A stretch of 61,765 nt of DNA, counting the filler, from Isurus oxyrinchus (taxonomy: Eukaryota): NCBI GenBank assembly GCA_026770705.1. It is 3 parts of 3 records of this genome, joined end to end, with 100 filler letters (N's around TTAATTAATTAA, not from the genome) between each part and the next. Parts side by side here need not be neighbours in the genome. Positions count along the whole stretch, not along the records: positions 25,537 to 50,447 come from JANJGN010005252.1; positions 50,548 to 61,765 come from JANJGN010001481.1; 1 more part is not named here. One strand, 5' to 3'. The notes under the pieces were generated by a model. That model did not search any database and was not told where the DNA came from. It saw nothing but the letters and a program-made list of their open reading frames with translations. Both the position numbers and the translations under genes were made by a program. Positions 39,171 through 52,299 of this stretch are shown one piece after another (within the stretch, counting starts at the first letter, position 1; each line of letters opens with the position of its first letter).

Positions 39171-40236
39171 GAGAAAGGTGACGTCACACTGACAAAGCAG
39201 GCATTCCTGGGCCTTAACAGTTGATGTTGAAGTTGGTGCCTCCCACAATACAATACTCACCCAGTACTACATTGCTGGTATCAGCTACACTTGTGTTCAA
39301 ACATCTGGAGTGGGGATTGAACCCATGTTCTTTCTGAATCAGAATCCCCGGTGTCCAGGATTCTATTAGCTCACAAAACACGGTGACATTTTGTTCAAGA
39401 GTTGGACAGTGAGTGGGGAGTCAATGGTTTTAGTTTTACCCGAAATTGATTGTGGGTAGAATCGGTGTCTGCAGGCCTTTAGTGGTAATTGCCCACGACT
39501 TCAATTCTGACAAAGATATACACTTTATTTCTGCTGCTGTTTTCAGACTGAGCAGCGCTGATAGCAGTTTGCATAGTCTCGGCTGCATTTCTTTGAGTAC
39601 AATAGTCTAATGAGTGATCGAATTGCGGTGTTTCAGTTAATTAATAAAGTGGGGAGAAAATGCTTAGTCCTCCAAATTAGAGATAGGAAACTAGTGAGGA
39701 AGCCGATTTTGGCAACATTTTCCTCACACTGTGAAATATTATCACTTTCATTTTCCCCAAGAATTTCTGAGGCTGGGAATCAATTGACATTTCAAAAAAA
39801 GAGATTAACATTTTTTTTTGAAAATGTTATCGCACATGACAGAACGAGGAGGATAAATGGGGTTAAGGCACACATTATTCTTACAGAGAGACATAGAGAG
39901 CTGAATGGTCTCCTCCTGTGCTGTTAGCGTTCTATCATTCTCTGATTCCTTGATTTCGGGACGAGTAATATTCTGTCTGTAAGACGATTGTACCTGAATT
40001 TATTCACATTGTTGGACCGGCATTTGGTTTAGTCATTCCCACTGGTTCTGGCTGGAAATACACAGGGAATGTTATGGAGTCTCCCGGAATTATTGCAAGT
40101 CATTGACCTTCAAACAATGAAGGCGTTAACAGGGCAGGGGGAGATCAGGTAAATATTCCTGTCGTGAGAGTGAAAGCTGAATACCGGATTTCTGATTCTG
40201 ATGATGTTTTGGTTGACATTCATTTCTGCTTCACAG

Positions 40237-40542
40237 TTTCCGACTGCAACGACCCCGTAATTACTCTACAGCCGCCGCCAATAGCACAGGTCTTACTGGA
40301 GGCGACAGTGACCTTAACCTGTATCGTGAGTAACGCCCCTTATGGAGTCCTTGTGTCCTGGACACAAGAACAGAAGCCTTTGAAATCAGAGATTGCTGTC
40401 CAGCCGGGAGAGGATCCTAACAGCGTGGTCAGCCACCTGAACATCTCAACACAAGCCTGGCTGAGTGGGGCTGAGTTCTACTGCGTGGTGAGCCATCAGG
40501 ATCTGCCGACTCCTTTAAGAAATTCCATCCACAAGGAAGAAC
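40237..40542 (+). CDS. IGHM: IgM C-mu3 exon
   Basis: [14 protein letters not shown]...[16 protein letters not shown]...[22 protein letters not shown]; tcacag acceptor, gtgagt donor. Confidence 0.95.
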
Positions 40543-41040
40543 GTGAGTGCTGAGAATGAATCAATAAGTGAGAGAGTGTGCAAATTCCCGGTGTAAGTTT
40601 AAGAACCAATAATCAATGCACAATGTACTAATGAGCAAGTCTGATTGGCAATTTCACTAACTATAACCCCTTGGTCCGTAAATGATGCATTTAAGTAGTA
40701 AATTCATATTTAGGTGAATGAACAAGAAACTGTGCTGCAGGGTTTGATTATATAATGTGGGAGGAGCTTGGTGTGGAGTTCAGACACCAGTACAGAGCTG
40801 TTCGGCCGAATGGCCTGTTACTGTTACTGATGAAACTTTCCAGTCCAATCCCGCATATTCTCAGAGCGAATGATTGCATCCACATCTGCTCCGATCTAGA
40901 AAGCCGGTCAGACCCCAAAGTGGAAAATGGAGATCTTGAAAAGTCAAAACAAAACACATTTCTCTCACATCTAACCACTGGTGTCATTGTCCCTGGAATT
41001 CTCCAGTTTTTTTTTTACATTTATTGTCAATTTTTTGCAG

Positions 41041-41432
41041 CTAAATATCCGCGGGAACCGTCCGTCTCTGTCCTCCTGCCCCCGGCTGAAGATGTCTCCG
41101 CTCAGAGATTCATTTCCCTCAGCTGCTTAGTGAGAGGTTTCTCCCCCCGAGAGATCTTCGTCAAGTGGACCGTCAATGACAAGCCGGTGAATCCGGGGAA
41201 CTACAAGAACACCGAGGTGATGGCGGAGAACGGCAATAACTCCTTCTTCATGTACAGCCTGTTATCCATTGCAGCGGAGGAGTGGGCCAGCGGCGCTTCT
41301 TACTCCTGTGTGGTGGGACATGAAGCCATTCCCTTGAAATTCATCAACAGAACGGTTGATAAATCCAGCGGTAAACCGAGTTTTGTGAACATTTCCCTTG
41401 CACTGATGGACACCGTTAATTCATGTCAATGA
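41041..41432 (+). CDS. IGHM: IgM C-mu4 exon plus secretory tailpiece
   Basis: [12 protein letters not shown]...[16 protein letters not shown]...YSCVVGHEA...KSS. Internal donor G|GTAAAC at 41370/41371. Tail [20 protein letters not shown] with N-glycan site and penultimate Cys. AATAAA at 41469. Confidence 0.96.
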
Positions 41433-42439
41433 GAATCTATCACTTACTTTTCGAACTTTAGTAGAAATAATAAAGGATCTTCCTCCAATTGTGAATTAAA
41501 TACACAGCCACTTAATTAATTATTTTTTTTCCAGTTTTGCTAATGTTAGGCCTGTTTAGTTGATGTCGGGAATTTACAGGTCTCAGACCCGAGTCTTGTG
41601 CAATCCGTGCCCCCAGCTCAGATACACCCTGGGTTAGAGACAGAATAAAGCTCATTCATTACAGAATCCTGTAAAGTTACTTCACCAACTTGCCCCTCGC
41701 TGAGGTGAATTCTGACCATTTCCCATTTCCCACTAGCACACACAGTGGCAGCATTCAGATCCCATTGTTCCTGCTTCACTTTTCGTCCATCCATTCAAAC
41801 TTCTACCAGCCGGATGTTGCCACATCGCACCCACTGGGAACTGAAGTGAGGGTCACAAGGGAAGGTGAAATCTATCTCGACTTAGCCAACATAGAAATGG
41901 GGAAGGGCATTAGCTAACGCAATGCACCTGCACATCCCCAACACAGATAACCGGAGTGGAAATTGTTTAGCCAACGAGAGAGAGTGGAGAGGGGAACATT
42001 AACTCACTAACCTCCCAATCCCAGTCACAGAGGGTTTAGAAGTGAACAGCTGTCTATGATATGAGTTCAGATACAAGGCGGCTTCTAGCTTCCTGCGCTC
42101 AGATTGTAATCTTCAATCATGGCAAACATATCATGGCAAATCATGGCAAAGTGATGTTTTGAAATGATTTTCAATCTCTTGTTCTTGTAAATCACAAGTT
42201 GCCAATGATTTTTCATAATCCAAATCTGAACTGCTGTTTCCATCCTTCCTGTTTTTCCGGTACTGTTTCTAATGTTTCTGGGGAACCTCTGTTTAATTGT
42301 TGCATTCTATCGCTTGATGTCACATTGAACCCCAAAGAAAACACATTCATACATAGAATGGCGAATTGTGTTCTCCATCGATCATACCTTCACTGTCAGG
42401 CCACGTTATTGATGTTCAGTGATACAAGAAACAACAACA

Positions 42440-43198
42440 TAATACACACACACACTGACATAAGCTCATAAACACACACACACACACGGACTCACGTGCA
42501 CACACAGAAACACACACAAGCACGCACACATACTCACACACACATTGACAGAAACAATGCAAGTGCACGAGTACATAACAATACACACATAAACACACAC
42601 ATGCACACATACACACAGGCAAAGACAGACAGACACACACCCTGGCACAAGATCACACGCACACACAGACACACACACACACACACGCACACACATACAC
42701 ACACACACATATACACATACAGACAAAGACAGGCTCACACACACCCTGGCACAAGATTACCTACACACATGCACACTCACACACACACAACAAAGACACA
42801 CACACAATCTGACACCAGATCTCTCTCTTTCTCTCTCTCACAGACAAATGCACACAGCGACACAGAGATACAAACACATGCATACACAACCAGTGATAGG
42901 AAAATGCACACACAATAGTACGTAAAACATACACACATACACACACCCAAACACCCACACATACACACACACAGACAAAGACACTGTCACACACACCCTG
43001 GCAAAAGATCACAAACGGACTCACACACACATAACAAAGGCACACACCCAATCTGAAACCAGATCTCTCTCTCCGTCTCTCACAGACAAACACACACAGA
43101 GACACACACATGCACTGAAACCAAATTGCGTACAAACACGTACACAAAGGCAGGCACACACACACAAACATGAACAAGCACACACATCCACATGAACA

Positions 43199-43231
<33 letters not shown>

Positions 43232-43872
43232 TCCCGCGTGCACTGGATCATGCTCACATGCTCGAACAAATCAACACAGAAGACATACACACATGCAGAC
43301 AAAAACACGCAGACAGACATACACACACACATACACACACACACACATACATAAACAAGCAAACACATCCACGCACAAACACGCACACACAACATTGGAT
43401 CATGCCCGAACACATAAACAAAGGCTGACATAAACACAGTGAGAGAAAAGCACACGGACAGGCACAGATGCACATATAAGCACACACACACATACGTAAA
43501 CAAGCACACACATCCCCACACACACACTAACATCCACACACACACACAAATGCACACAGGCTTTGACACAGACATGCACACACAGACGCACTTACAGACA
43601 CACAAACACATGCATATATGAACACGCATACAGTTATGCACAGATATACACACATTCAGGCACACATGCAGGCAGACAGATGCACACACACTAACACATC
43701 CACTGGATCATACACATATGCCCGAACAGATAAACACAGACTGGCATTGACACAGACAGACAAAATTACACAGACAGACACAGAGGCACACACGCATGCA
43801 TGCACATACACAGACACACACACAAACATACAAACATACATAAACAAGCACACACATTGACGCACACACACA

Positions 43873-43910
<38 letters not shown>

Positions 43911-44324
43911 AACGCACTCTGATAGACACACACAAACATAGGCATGCGCACACACACACTCACACATGCATAAACGAGCATACATACAGGCATACACCGA
44001 CATACACACATTCGTGCACACACGCAGGCAGATAGACACACACACCCACCCACTGGATCATGCACACTTGCCCGATCACATAAACACAGACTGACATTGA
44101 CACAGACAGACAAAAGCACGCACCCAGACACAGAGGCATCACACACACACAAAAGCATATGTAAACAAGCACACACATCGACATACACACACACACATTC
44201 ACACACACACACATTCACACACACACACATTCACGCACACACACATACACAAACACACACACATTTGGATAGATACAAACCCACAGACATTGAAGCAGAC
44301 ATGCACACACACATGCACTTACAG

Positions 44325-44355
<31 letters not shown>

Positions 44356-44707
44356 CATACATGAGATCGCATACAGGCAAAACAGAGGTACACACATTCG
44401 AGCACACAAGCAGACAGGCAGACAGAGACACACAGAAGCACACATACATCATAAAGAGAAACACACACTCACACACATCCAGACACAAGATCACACACAC
44501 ACATACGCAAACACACACACAATCACACAGGCATATACACAAACCCGCGCACACATATTCACACAAACACACACACACACAAACACATGGACGCATACAC
44601 ACAAAAACAAATTGAGTCACACGATCAAAACACACAAACACACATGTAAACGCACACCCACACACTGATAAAATACACACACAAACACACACACAGGCAG
44701 AAGATCG

Positions 44708-44738
<31 letters not shown>

Positions 44739-45028
44739 AAACATGCATAGGTACACAGAAACAAACACACAGGTTCGTGCATAGGCACGGGAAAAGAGGC
44801 ACACGTACACAAACACGTGCAAGCATGCATGGATACATAGGCAGGCATACACGCGCACACACATACACATACATACACAAGCACAAGCATACATATACAC
44901 ACAAACCAGCACACAGACACATATACACATAGCCACACACACAAGCACACAAGAATGCACATGCAAACACAGACCCACACAATGATAAACATGCACAGGC
45001 ATACACACACAAACAAACCCACACTCAC

Positions 45029-45061
<33 letters not shown>

Positions 45062-46030
45062 AGAGTACACATATACATAGAAAATATGCAGACATGCAAC
45101 TCACAGGAACACACAGCACATATGCACAGATGCAACCTCACACTCAGAAATATACACTCACTCTCGACAAACAGACACACAGACAGACACACTCACGCAC
45201 AAGCAAGCACCTGAAAATGCAGATATCCTCTCACACACATGCACACACAGTCACACACATGCAAACGGTTGTGAGCAAACACACAAACACACATGCATGG
45301 ATGCACTCAACACACACAATTACAGATATACACAACCCCATAAACAGGCTCAGACAGGTCCTGTAAGTTTGTACATGAACATGTTCATTACTGTGCTTCA
45401 ACGAGCACAACAGTACAGAATTAAGGACACACTATCATACACAATAGTGCACATGCATAGGCATTTGTACACACACATTAAAAATCGACAAACGGGTACA
45501 CAGACAAATAGATGAGCAGACAGTAACATTTTCACAAACATAGTGCAAGAAACAACTATGAATACATCCACGCACTCACATTAAAACAAACATATGTAAA
45601 CACACGCTTTAGTAAACATAGATACGTAAATATACATTAAGACAAAGCTAGAAACATCCAAGAACACATAACGGCACGCCTCAACATACTCACACGCTCA
45701 TGGGGGCACAATCATTAACATATCAAACATAGAACATAAAAAGGCACAATATCAGATATATTAACAGGCATGGACGTAAATAAACTCCTTAACACAGACA
45801 TTAATAAGTGAACATAAACATCAACGCATACAGACACATTAACACACTGATACACATTCATTTACAAATGGACAAACATACACACAAAGGCGGGCCACAT
45901 ATAAATAAGCATATCAACACTCATGCCACATGAACACACACATCAACGCTCATACAACAGGGCACACAAACACAGTTAAAGGCAGAGCAAGAGATACACG
46001 TGCACATATACGCAAATATTTAAAAAACAC
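42440..46030. repeat. ~3.6 kb degenerate (CA)n tract
   Basis: Seen directly; source of the many HT/CV-rich spurious ORFs. Confidence 0.95.
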
Positions 46031-46629
46031 AAAGGCAAATGCCAGGCTAAAGACGAAAGAATATTTTAAATCTATTTTTTTTAAAGGACACATCTTCCAA
46101 AAATTTCTGGGAGCACATAAAGACCCAGGAGACAGGCTGAAGCAATGTTCTTAATCATAAACTGATTTAAGTTAATTATGTGCCAAACATTACCACCACA
46201 AATAAACAAACAAGATCAAAATTCACAAAAGATAGCTAACAGAGTTCAGAGTCTTGGAATTAATAGCTATCAGTACTTATCATTAAAATAATTGTGATCA
46301 ATTAGCAAACCTCCTGCAATTTCCACCATAATATAATCCAGTGATAGGTCGTACTAAATTCATCCAAAATAAACTGGCATCGAAGGAATAAAAACACATT
46401 TTCCAGTAGGGGCAGGATGAGAAATGTAAAGTGAGAGCAGCTGTGGAGTTAGTAACAGACAGAGATTGTTGAGAGTCACTTATTCATTAATAGATATGCA
46501 TTGAAAACTTAATTACTGAACAGATCAAAAGCTTGAGGAAGATACAATAGAATTAATATATTAAAAAAACGGTAAGACACCCTCGATTAATAAGAATGTA
46601 ATTAAAATTTCTCGGTTATATCCCTGTAG

Positions 46630-46757
46630 ATTCCACAGACCGCATCTGGATTGAAGACAATGAGGACGATAACGGGAACATCTGGACAACCGCTTCCACA
46701 TTCATTGTCCTGTTCTTCCTGAGCATTTTCTACAGCACTGCCGTCACTCTGGCGAAG
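46630..46757 (+). CDS. IGHM: IgM TM1 exon
   Basis: DSTDRIWIEDNEDDNGNIWTTASTFIVLFFLSIFYSTAVTLAK (CART motif); ctgtag acceptor, gtgaga donor. Confidence 0.95.
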
Positions 46758-46897
46758 GTGAGAAGATTCAATCCACTAACACTACAATCTGACAGAAGCG
46801 GTTTGAAAACTTTCTAAATATTTGAACAATTAAAAACTATAACATAAATGCACAAGATCATAAACATCTGCTTCATTATTTTCTCCCTCTTTTACAG

Positions 46898-46906
46898 ATC
46901 AAGTGA
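46898..46906 (+). CDS. IGHM: IgM TM2 exon (IK-stop)
   Basis: tttacag|ATC AAG TGA; candidate AATAAA at 47303. Confidence 0.9.
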   Translation: MK

Positions 46907-48409
46907 TCGGTTGAACTTGGACCCCGTAGCTTTTCCTCAGCTGTTCATTAAATCTCTGTATTTCAATTTAAAATATGTTCTCTTAATGATCCCGAATCTG
47001 TGACCGAGCCTCTAACAGTATTTCTGTGATCCTGTAAGAAATGTGCGAAATGGTAATGGTTGTAATGTAATTGTAGCATCTAATTTCCCTGGAATTAGGA
47101 TTTCAATTTTAATTAAATAACTTTTCTCATTCCTTATTCACTATTGCCCCCTTCCCTTTCCATTGAGCCGCTGTTTTCTTTTTCTGATCTATGTTCCAGT
47201 GGTACATACAGTTTACCAACTCAGAGCGCATATGGACTCAGAGCGCATGTGTTCTGTTCCCAACGTGACTTCAGGAATTATATTCACTTCTGTTAACTTT
47301 AAAATAAACTTTCCTGTAAAATAGTCTCTGAAATTACTAATAAATCTGGAATGAAAAGTGAACTAACTGTGACTTTGCTGAATTCCTTTCTCCAAGGCCC
47401 ATCGACACCGCTCCATTTTCCCTATTGCACATTTCTCTCAGTTTTACCAGTCCTGTCTGGGATCTGTTTCCACCCATCGCCCCATCCGTGTAAGGAGACC
47501 TTTATCTCTGTTTCTAACAATTGCCCGAGGCAGAATGAATGAACAGGGAGTGTCACCTCGGCGATTTCACTCTGGACGGTCACAGTCACATGTCTGGCAA
47601 TTCCAAACTGTAGGGTTCGGCTTCATCGGAGGCTGATATAGGACAGGAAATTGGAGCATAAAACGCCCATTACAATGCCCCATCAAACATTCCCACGGTT
47701 GGTGCAGCCAGGATCAGCAACAGGGTAAAGATCCCTCTGCATTGTTGGATTAAACACTTTGAAGGTGGGGATGCCACAGGCTAGATATATGACACAGGCA
47801 GAATAAGGAGCACAAACCAATGGGTGTATCCAGGGACTGAAGCGTATCTGGCACTGATATATTATTAAGTACAACTCCTGCAAATTATTACAGAGCTTTA
47901 GGTCTCTTGGACATACCTGGGGGGACAAAACTGCGAAAATGCTCAAAGACGGGGTTCAATGTTATGCAGCAAGTAACCATAAACATGAGGCTTGTTCCCA
48001 GACCCTGGGGCCGATCGGACACTGAGACACTGGCTTCGCATTTTCTGTTAAATACACAAACAGACATAGCCCACACCTCGCCCTGCCCCACCCCTTTCTG
48101 TTAAGCATATACACGTCCTTATTCCGGTAAACACACATTGACTCTCCACTTCCACCTTTTCTGTTAAATCCATTAGCCCTGTCATTTTCCCTTATGCTTC
48201 GATAATGAATCGTATTCCTGATCAGCTCAGTCGTACTGATACCATCTCCCTGAACTCACTGAACATCACCCCAGGGATCCGTTCTCCCTGCTCCATTCCC
48301 TCTGATACCAATTTCCTGAACTCACTGAACATCACCCCAGGGGTAAACATAGAAAGTGCTGGAAAGCTCGGCAGGTCTGATAGCATCTCCAGTTATCTCC
48401 ACTTGCCTG

Positions 48410-48885
48410 GGTGAGCGCGGTTCCAACAACACACTAGAAGTTCGACACCATCCAGCAAAGTCGCTCAATTGTTGACAGCTCATCTACCAGCTTCACCATT
48501 CACTCCCTCCACCACCGCCGCACAGTAGCAGCAGTGTGTGCCAATTACTAGATGCACTGCAGGAACTCATCAAGGCTCCTTCGATAGCACCTTTCACACC
48601 CACGACATCTACCATCTAGAAAGACAAGGGCAACAGATACATGGGAACACCACCACCTGGAATTTCCTTCAAGGGCACTCACCATTTTGACTTGGAAATG
48701 TATCGCTGCTCCTTCGCTGTCGCTGGGTCAAAATTCTGGATCTCCCTTCCTAACAGCACTGTGTGTGTACCTACACTACATGGACTGTAGCGGTTCAAGA
48801 AGGCAGCTCACCATCACCTTCTCAAGGGCAATTACGGATGGGCAGAGAAATGTTGGACTCACCAACGAAGCCCACGTCCCTTGAA
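48410..48885 (+). mobile_element. L2/CR1-like LINE 3' fragment
   Basis: Same family as 20960-21390. Confidence 0.65.
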
Positions 48886-49669
48886 ATAATAATAAATAAT
48901 TTTCTAACTGATCATTGGGAATAGAAAAGCCGATTCTTGGAAACAAAATGGACAGCCTGATATCACTTTGTAAACAATAGAAAACAACCCAATAGTTATT
49001 AATAAATAGTTGCAGTATTAAACTATCTGCAATTAAAATGCAGGAACACTTTGGGATTTAACACATTCACTGAGGGCGGAGATGGGCTGAAGGTTATCAC
49101 TGAAGTTAATGTAGGGGAATTATTCTTTATTCAGTTTTTTATTCAGAAAAGCGTTATTAGAAAATCGGAGATTTAAAGGAATGGGCAATTTCCGAGAGAC
49201 AGAGGGAGAGAGAGAGAGTTCATTAAGTTTCAGTGAGTTAGACTCTGTCTCAGGGAGAGAGATGACAGACATTAAGTAAGTGTGCTGACAAACATGCACA
49301 TCTTAGCAAAGAAATGGTCAGTATCACATGAAATTCTAAACAAGAGCACAACAGAATGTACTACTAATAAATATTTACGATATTAGGCGATCTGTAGTTA
49401 CAGGTTGAATAAGAGAAAATAAAAAAAGCTGAAACATTCTGGTGAAGATAAATCTTTTATCTTTGCAGAATGATATAGCATGATTTCATTTAACACAGAC
49501 ACACACAAAAGGTGATGTCTCATATGTAATTCTGTTGGCTGTAATGCAAATTAATATGAGGAGCTGCTTGGAACAACCAGTCAATGGGAAACCTCTAGTT
49601 TTAGGCCAAAGTGAGAGGCCCATTTCTAACTCAACATCCACTTTATAGAGACATAGACAAGTGAATTAA

Positions 49670-50447
49670 CAACAGAGACAGAGTTTGGTGTGGTAATTAC
49701 TGAGACAGGGCCTAGTGCAATTTAAGCAAAGACATTACAGGTGCAGAAATAATCGAGACAGCATCTAATGTTACTTAAGCAAAGATGTGACTGAGTGCAC
49801 GAATAACAGGGATGGGGACAAGAGCTATATTAACATGGACAGGGTCTACTGCTATAATAGCGGAGACGGGATTACAGGGCCTGGATCAATATCAAGTGAA
49901 ATAGGGCAGTTATTACAGGCACAGGGCCTAGAGTAATTGCTTCCTAGAGAGAGTCTAAGTCGTAATAATGGAGACTGCTGCCAGTGTAAGAGAGACAGGT
50001 ATGATGTCGTGGAGTAAAATCAGGGAAAGGGATAGTGGAATAGAAGCAGAGACAGAGGTACAAAGACAAAGCCTCTGCAAAGACAGGATCCATTTTAATT
50101 GAAAAGACAGACAAGGTCGTGTGTGATACAGGCTGATACAGAATCTAGTGTAACTTGTTCTGAAATGGTCTAGCGGAATATAAATGTAGACATGATTGAG
50201 TGTGTTATAAGCAGGGCCGCGATTAGTGGAACATAAGTGAGGCAGTGCAGAGTGTAGTAATAATTGAGACAGGATCTTGTGTAATACGAACCTGCCTTGT
50301 GTAGCAATAACACAGACCGGATCCAGTATAAGAAAACTGATACACGGTCTAGTGGAGCTTCACATAATCCAGCACTCTTTGTAATATAATCTGACACAGT
50401 GTCTGGTGAATTAAATACCTGCAAAGGTACGAGATTAATAAAAACAG
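49670..50447. repeat. Degenerate minisatellite (gagacagggcctagtgtaat-like units)
   Basis: Recurrent gagacag..agtgtaat motif. Confidence 0.55.
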
Positions 50448-50547
50448 NNNNNNNNNNNNNNNNNNNNNNNNNNNNNNNNNNNNNNNNNNNNTTAATTAAT
50501 TAANNNNNNNNNNNNNNNNNNNNNNNNNNNNNNNNNNNNNNNNNNNN
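50448..50547. other. Artificial 100-bp contig linker
   Basis: 44 N + TTAATTAATTAA + 44 N, identical to 25437-25536. Confidence 0.95.
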
Positions 50548-51289
50548 TCACTGGGTGGGGTTAACAATACAGGTGGTCAGGCTGCCTGGCAATGTGCATT
50601 GTGTTACAGATGATTGGTTGCAAAGATTGGAACCAGTTGGCCGCATGTGGCCTGTGGAGAGATAGTTCATGTGGAAACCCTGTCCAATCCTCTCGAGTTG
50701 GTCTAATGTGTCCACTCGGCAGCTCAGGCTCTCTGCACAGGGAACTGACTTTGACGTCCCATAACAAGCTATTGCTCTTACCCGACAGTATAAGTAGCAG
50801 CGAGGAAACACGGACAGCCATTATTCAGCCAGATCAAGCTGAGAGCCGATCTGATAGATATGTTCCACATTAGGGCCATGGTTAGATTTGGGACTGAAGC
50901 TTTTCCCCTTGACAATAATCTAAGGGAACGGGGGTCGCCGATTAAAGTGGATTCATAAACGGCCGACAGGGGAGATTCAGGTGATTTTTAATTCTAACTG
51001 ATTGTGTTATTAAGAGGTTACAGGAAGCAGATACAGCGGGAACTTTGAGAAGAGATTTGAATGGAACATTATTTCCCTGTCGCTTTGAGGGAATGGAATT
51101 ACTGAGAAGGGATATGAAGCAGTTTGAACTGAACACTGTCCCCGTGTTAACCTTCACCTTTCACTCGAGCTAATTCCCTCCGCTTTGGGAGGTGCTGAGT
51201 TTGGGGTTCCGAACTGTTGAGAAGCTGAGACATTGTTCTAGCCAGTCACAATCTTGTGGGAAATCGGACACCCTTCATCAATGATCTGG

Positions 51290-51552
51290 TGACACGTTCA
51301 GTATTTTCAGGCTGCACGACTTAATTTCGGGTCTGGTGACATCAAACCTCTCCTTGAACCCCTCTTCAGGCCTGGGCTCTGAGGTACCCACCGAGGTGAC
51401 CATGAGCTGCAGCCCTGCCCCGGGGTGCTGTTGATACCAGTACATGGAGCTGTCACTGCTGTCGTTCTGGTAACAGCCCATCTCCACCATCTCCCCTTTT
51501 CCCACGGACAATCTCTTGGGCCACTGGGTAATGAGAGCGCTCCTGCAGACAG
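51290..51552 (-). pseudogene. TRBV: TCR beta-like V exon, 3'-truncated
   Basis: AVCRSALITQWPKRLSVGKGEMVEMGCYQNDSSDSSMYWYQQHPGAGLQLMVTSVGTSEPRPEEGFKERFDVTRPEIKSCSLKILNVSPDH*. Lacks YYC and RSS. Confidence 0.75.
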
Positions 51553-52003
51553 CTACAGAGAAACACTTTTATTACATTAAAAAACAAACCACAGGCACAT
51601 AGGTTCAAACATCAACTTTCTGGTGATGGGGCCGGTTCTGTACATTTTAAACCACTAGAATCCGTAGAATTGGATTGGGGAACCGTGCCTGCCCATCTCT
51701 GGCGAGGCCATTTCCAATTAAACCCCCACTCCCGTGCCCTTTACCGTCAGCCCGAGCAATAATACCCCATTTGGAAATTTACCCCGTCCCTTGTCTGGAC
51801 ACAAGTTGCAGCTGCTTCCCCAGCCTCTCATGCAATGTATTCTCCAGACCACAGCCACTCACTGCTTCAATCAGTAAGGAACCTGCTCAATCTCTTCACT
51901 GACCGAAGCCTTTCTGCAGCTTCTAATGCTCCAAGAATTGAAGTTTCCCCCCAAAAGCAGGTTTAGAGCGGCCAGGGTTGGCCTACAAAGGATGAAAAGT
52001 AAC

Positions 52004-52049
52004 CTGGGAGCAGCAGAAACATGAGGTACAGGAAAGCACTGTGCAGCAT
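52004..52049 (-). pseudogene. TRBV: Leader exon of the truncated TCR beta-like V
   Basis: MLHSAFLYLMFLLLP, phase-1 GT donor compatible with the acceptor at 51553-51554. Confidence 0.75.
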
Positions 52050-52299
52050 GGTGCTGGAATCATGAACCACCCTGGGTCAATCCTTCTGCTCCATCCCAGC
52101 TCTCAGACAGACACACTGCAGCTCCAAATCCACTGTCACTCCTCTCGGGTTTGGGGGTGTGGAGACGACAACATTTCAGCAACACCCACAAGGTGTTTAC
52201 TGGCCCGTTTCTTACCCGAGACAAACAGCCAACCCTTTTCCTGTCTGTGGATAGCAGAATGATAAGTACACGGCGTTGTCTGGCACGGTGCAGGACATT

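Noticed and set aside
40755-41040. N-terminal extension of the Cmu4 ORF
   Set aside because: Intron read-through; the true acceptor is ttttttgcag at 41040.
42416-45515. Many Cys/Val- and His/Thr-rich ORFs
   Set aside because: Translations of (CA)n repeat.
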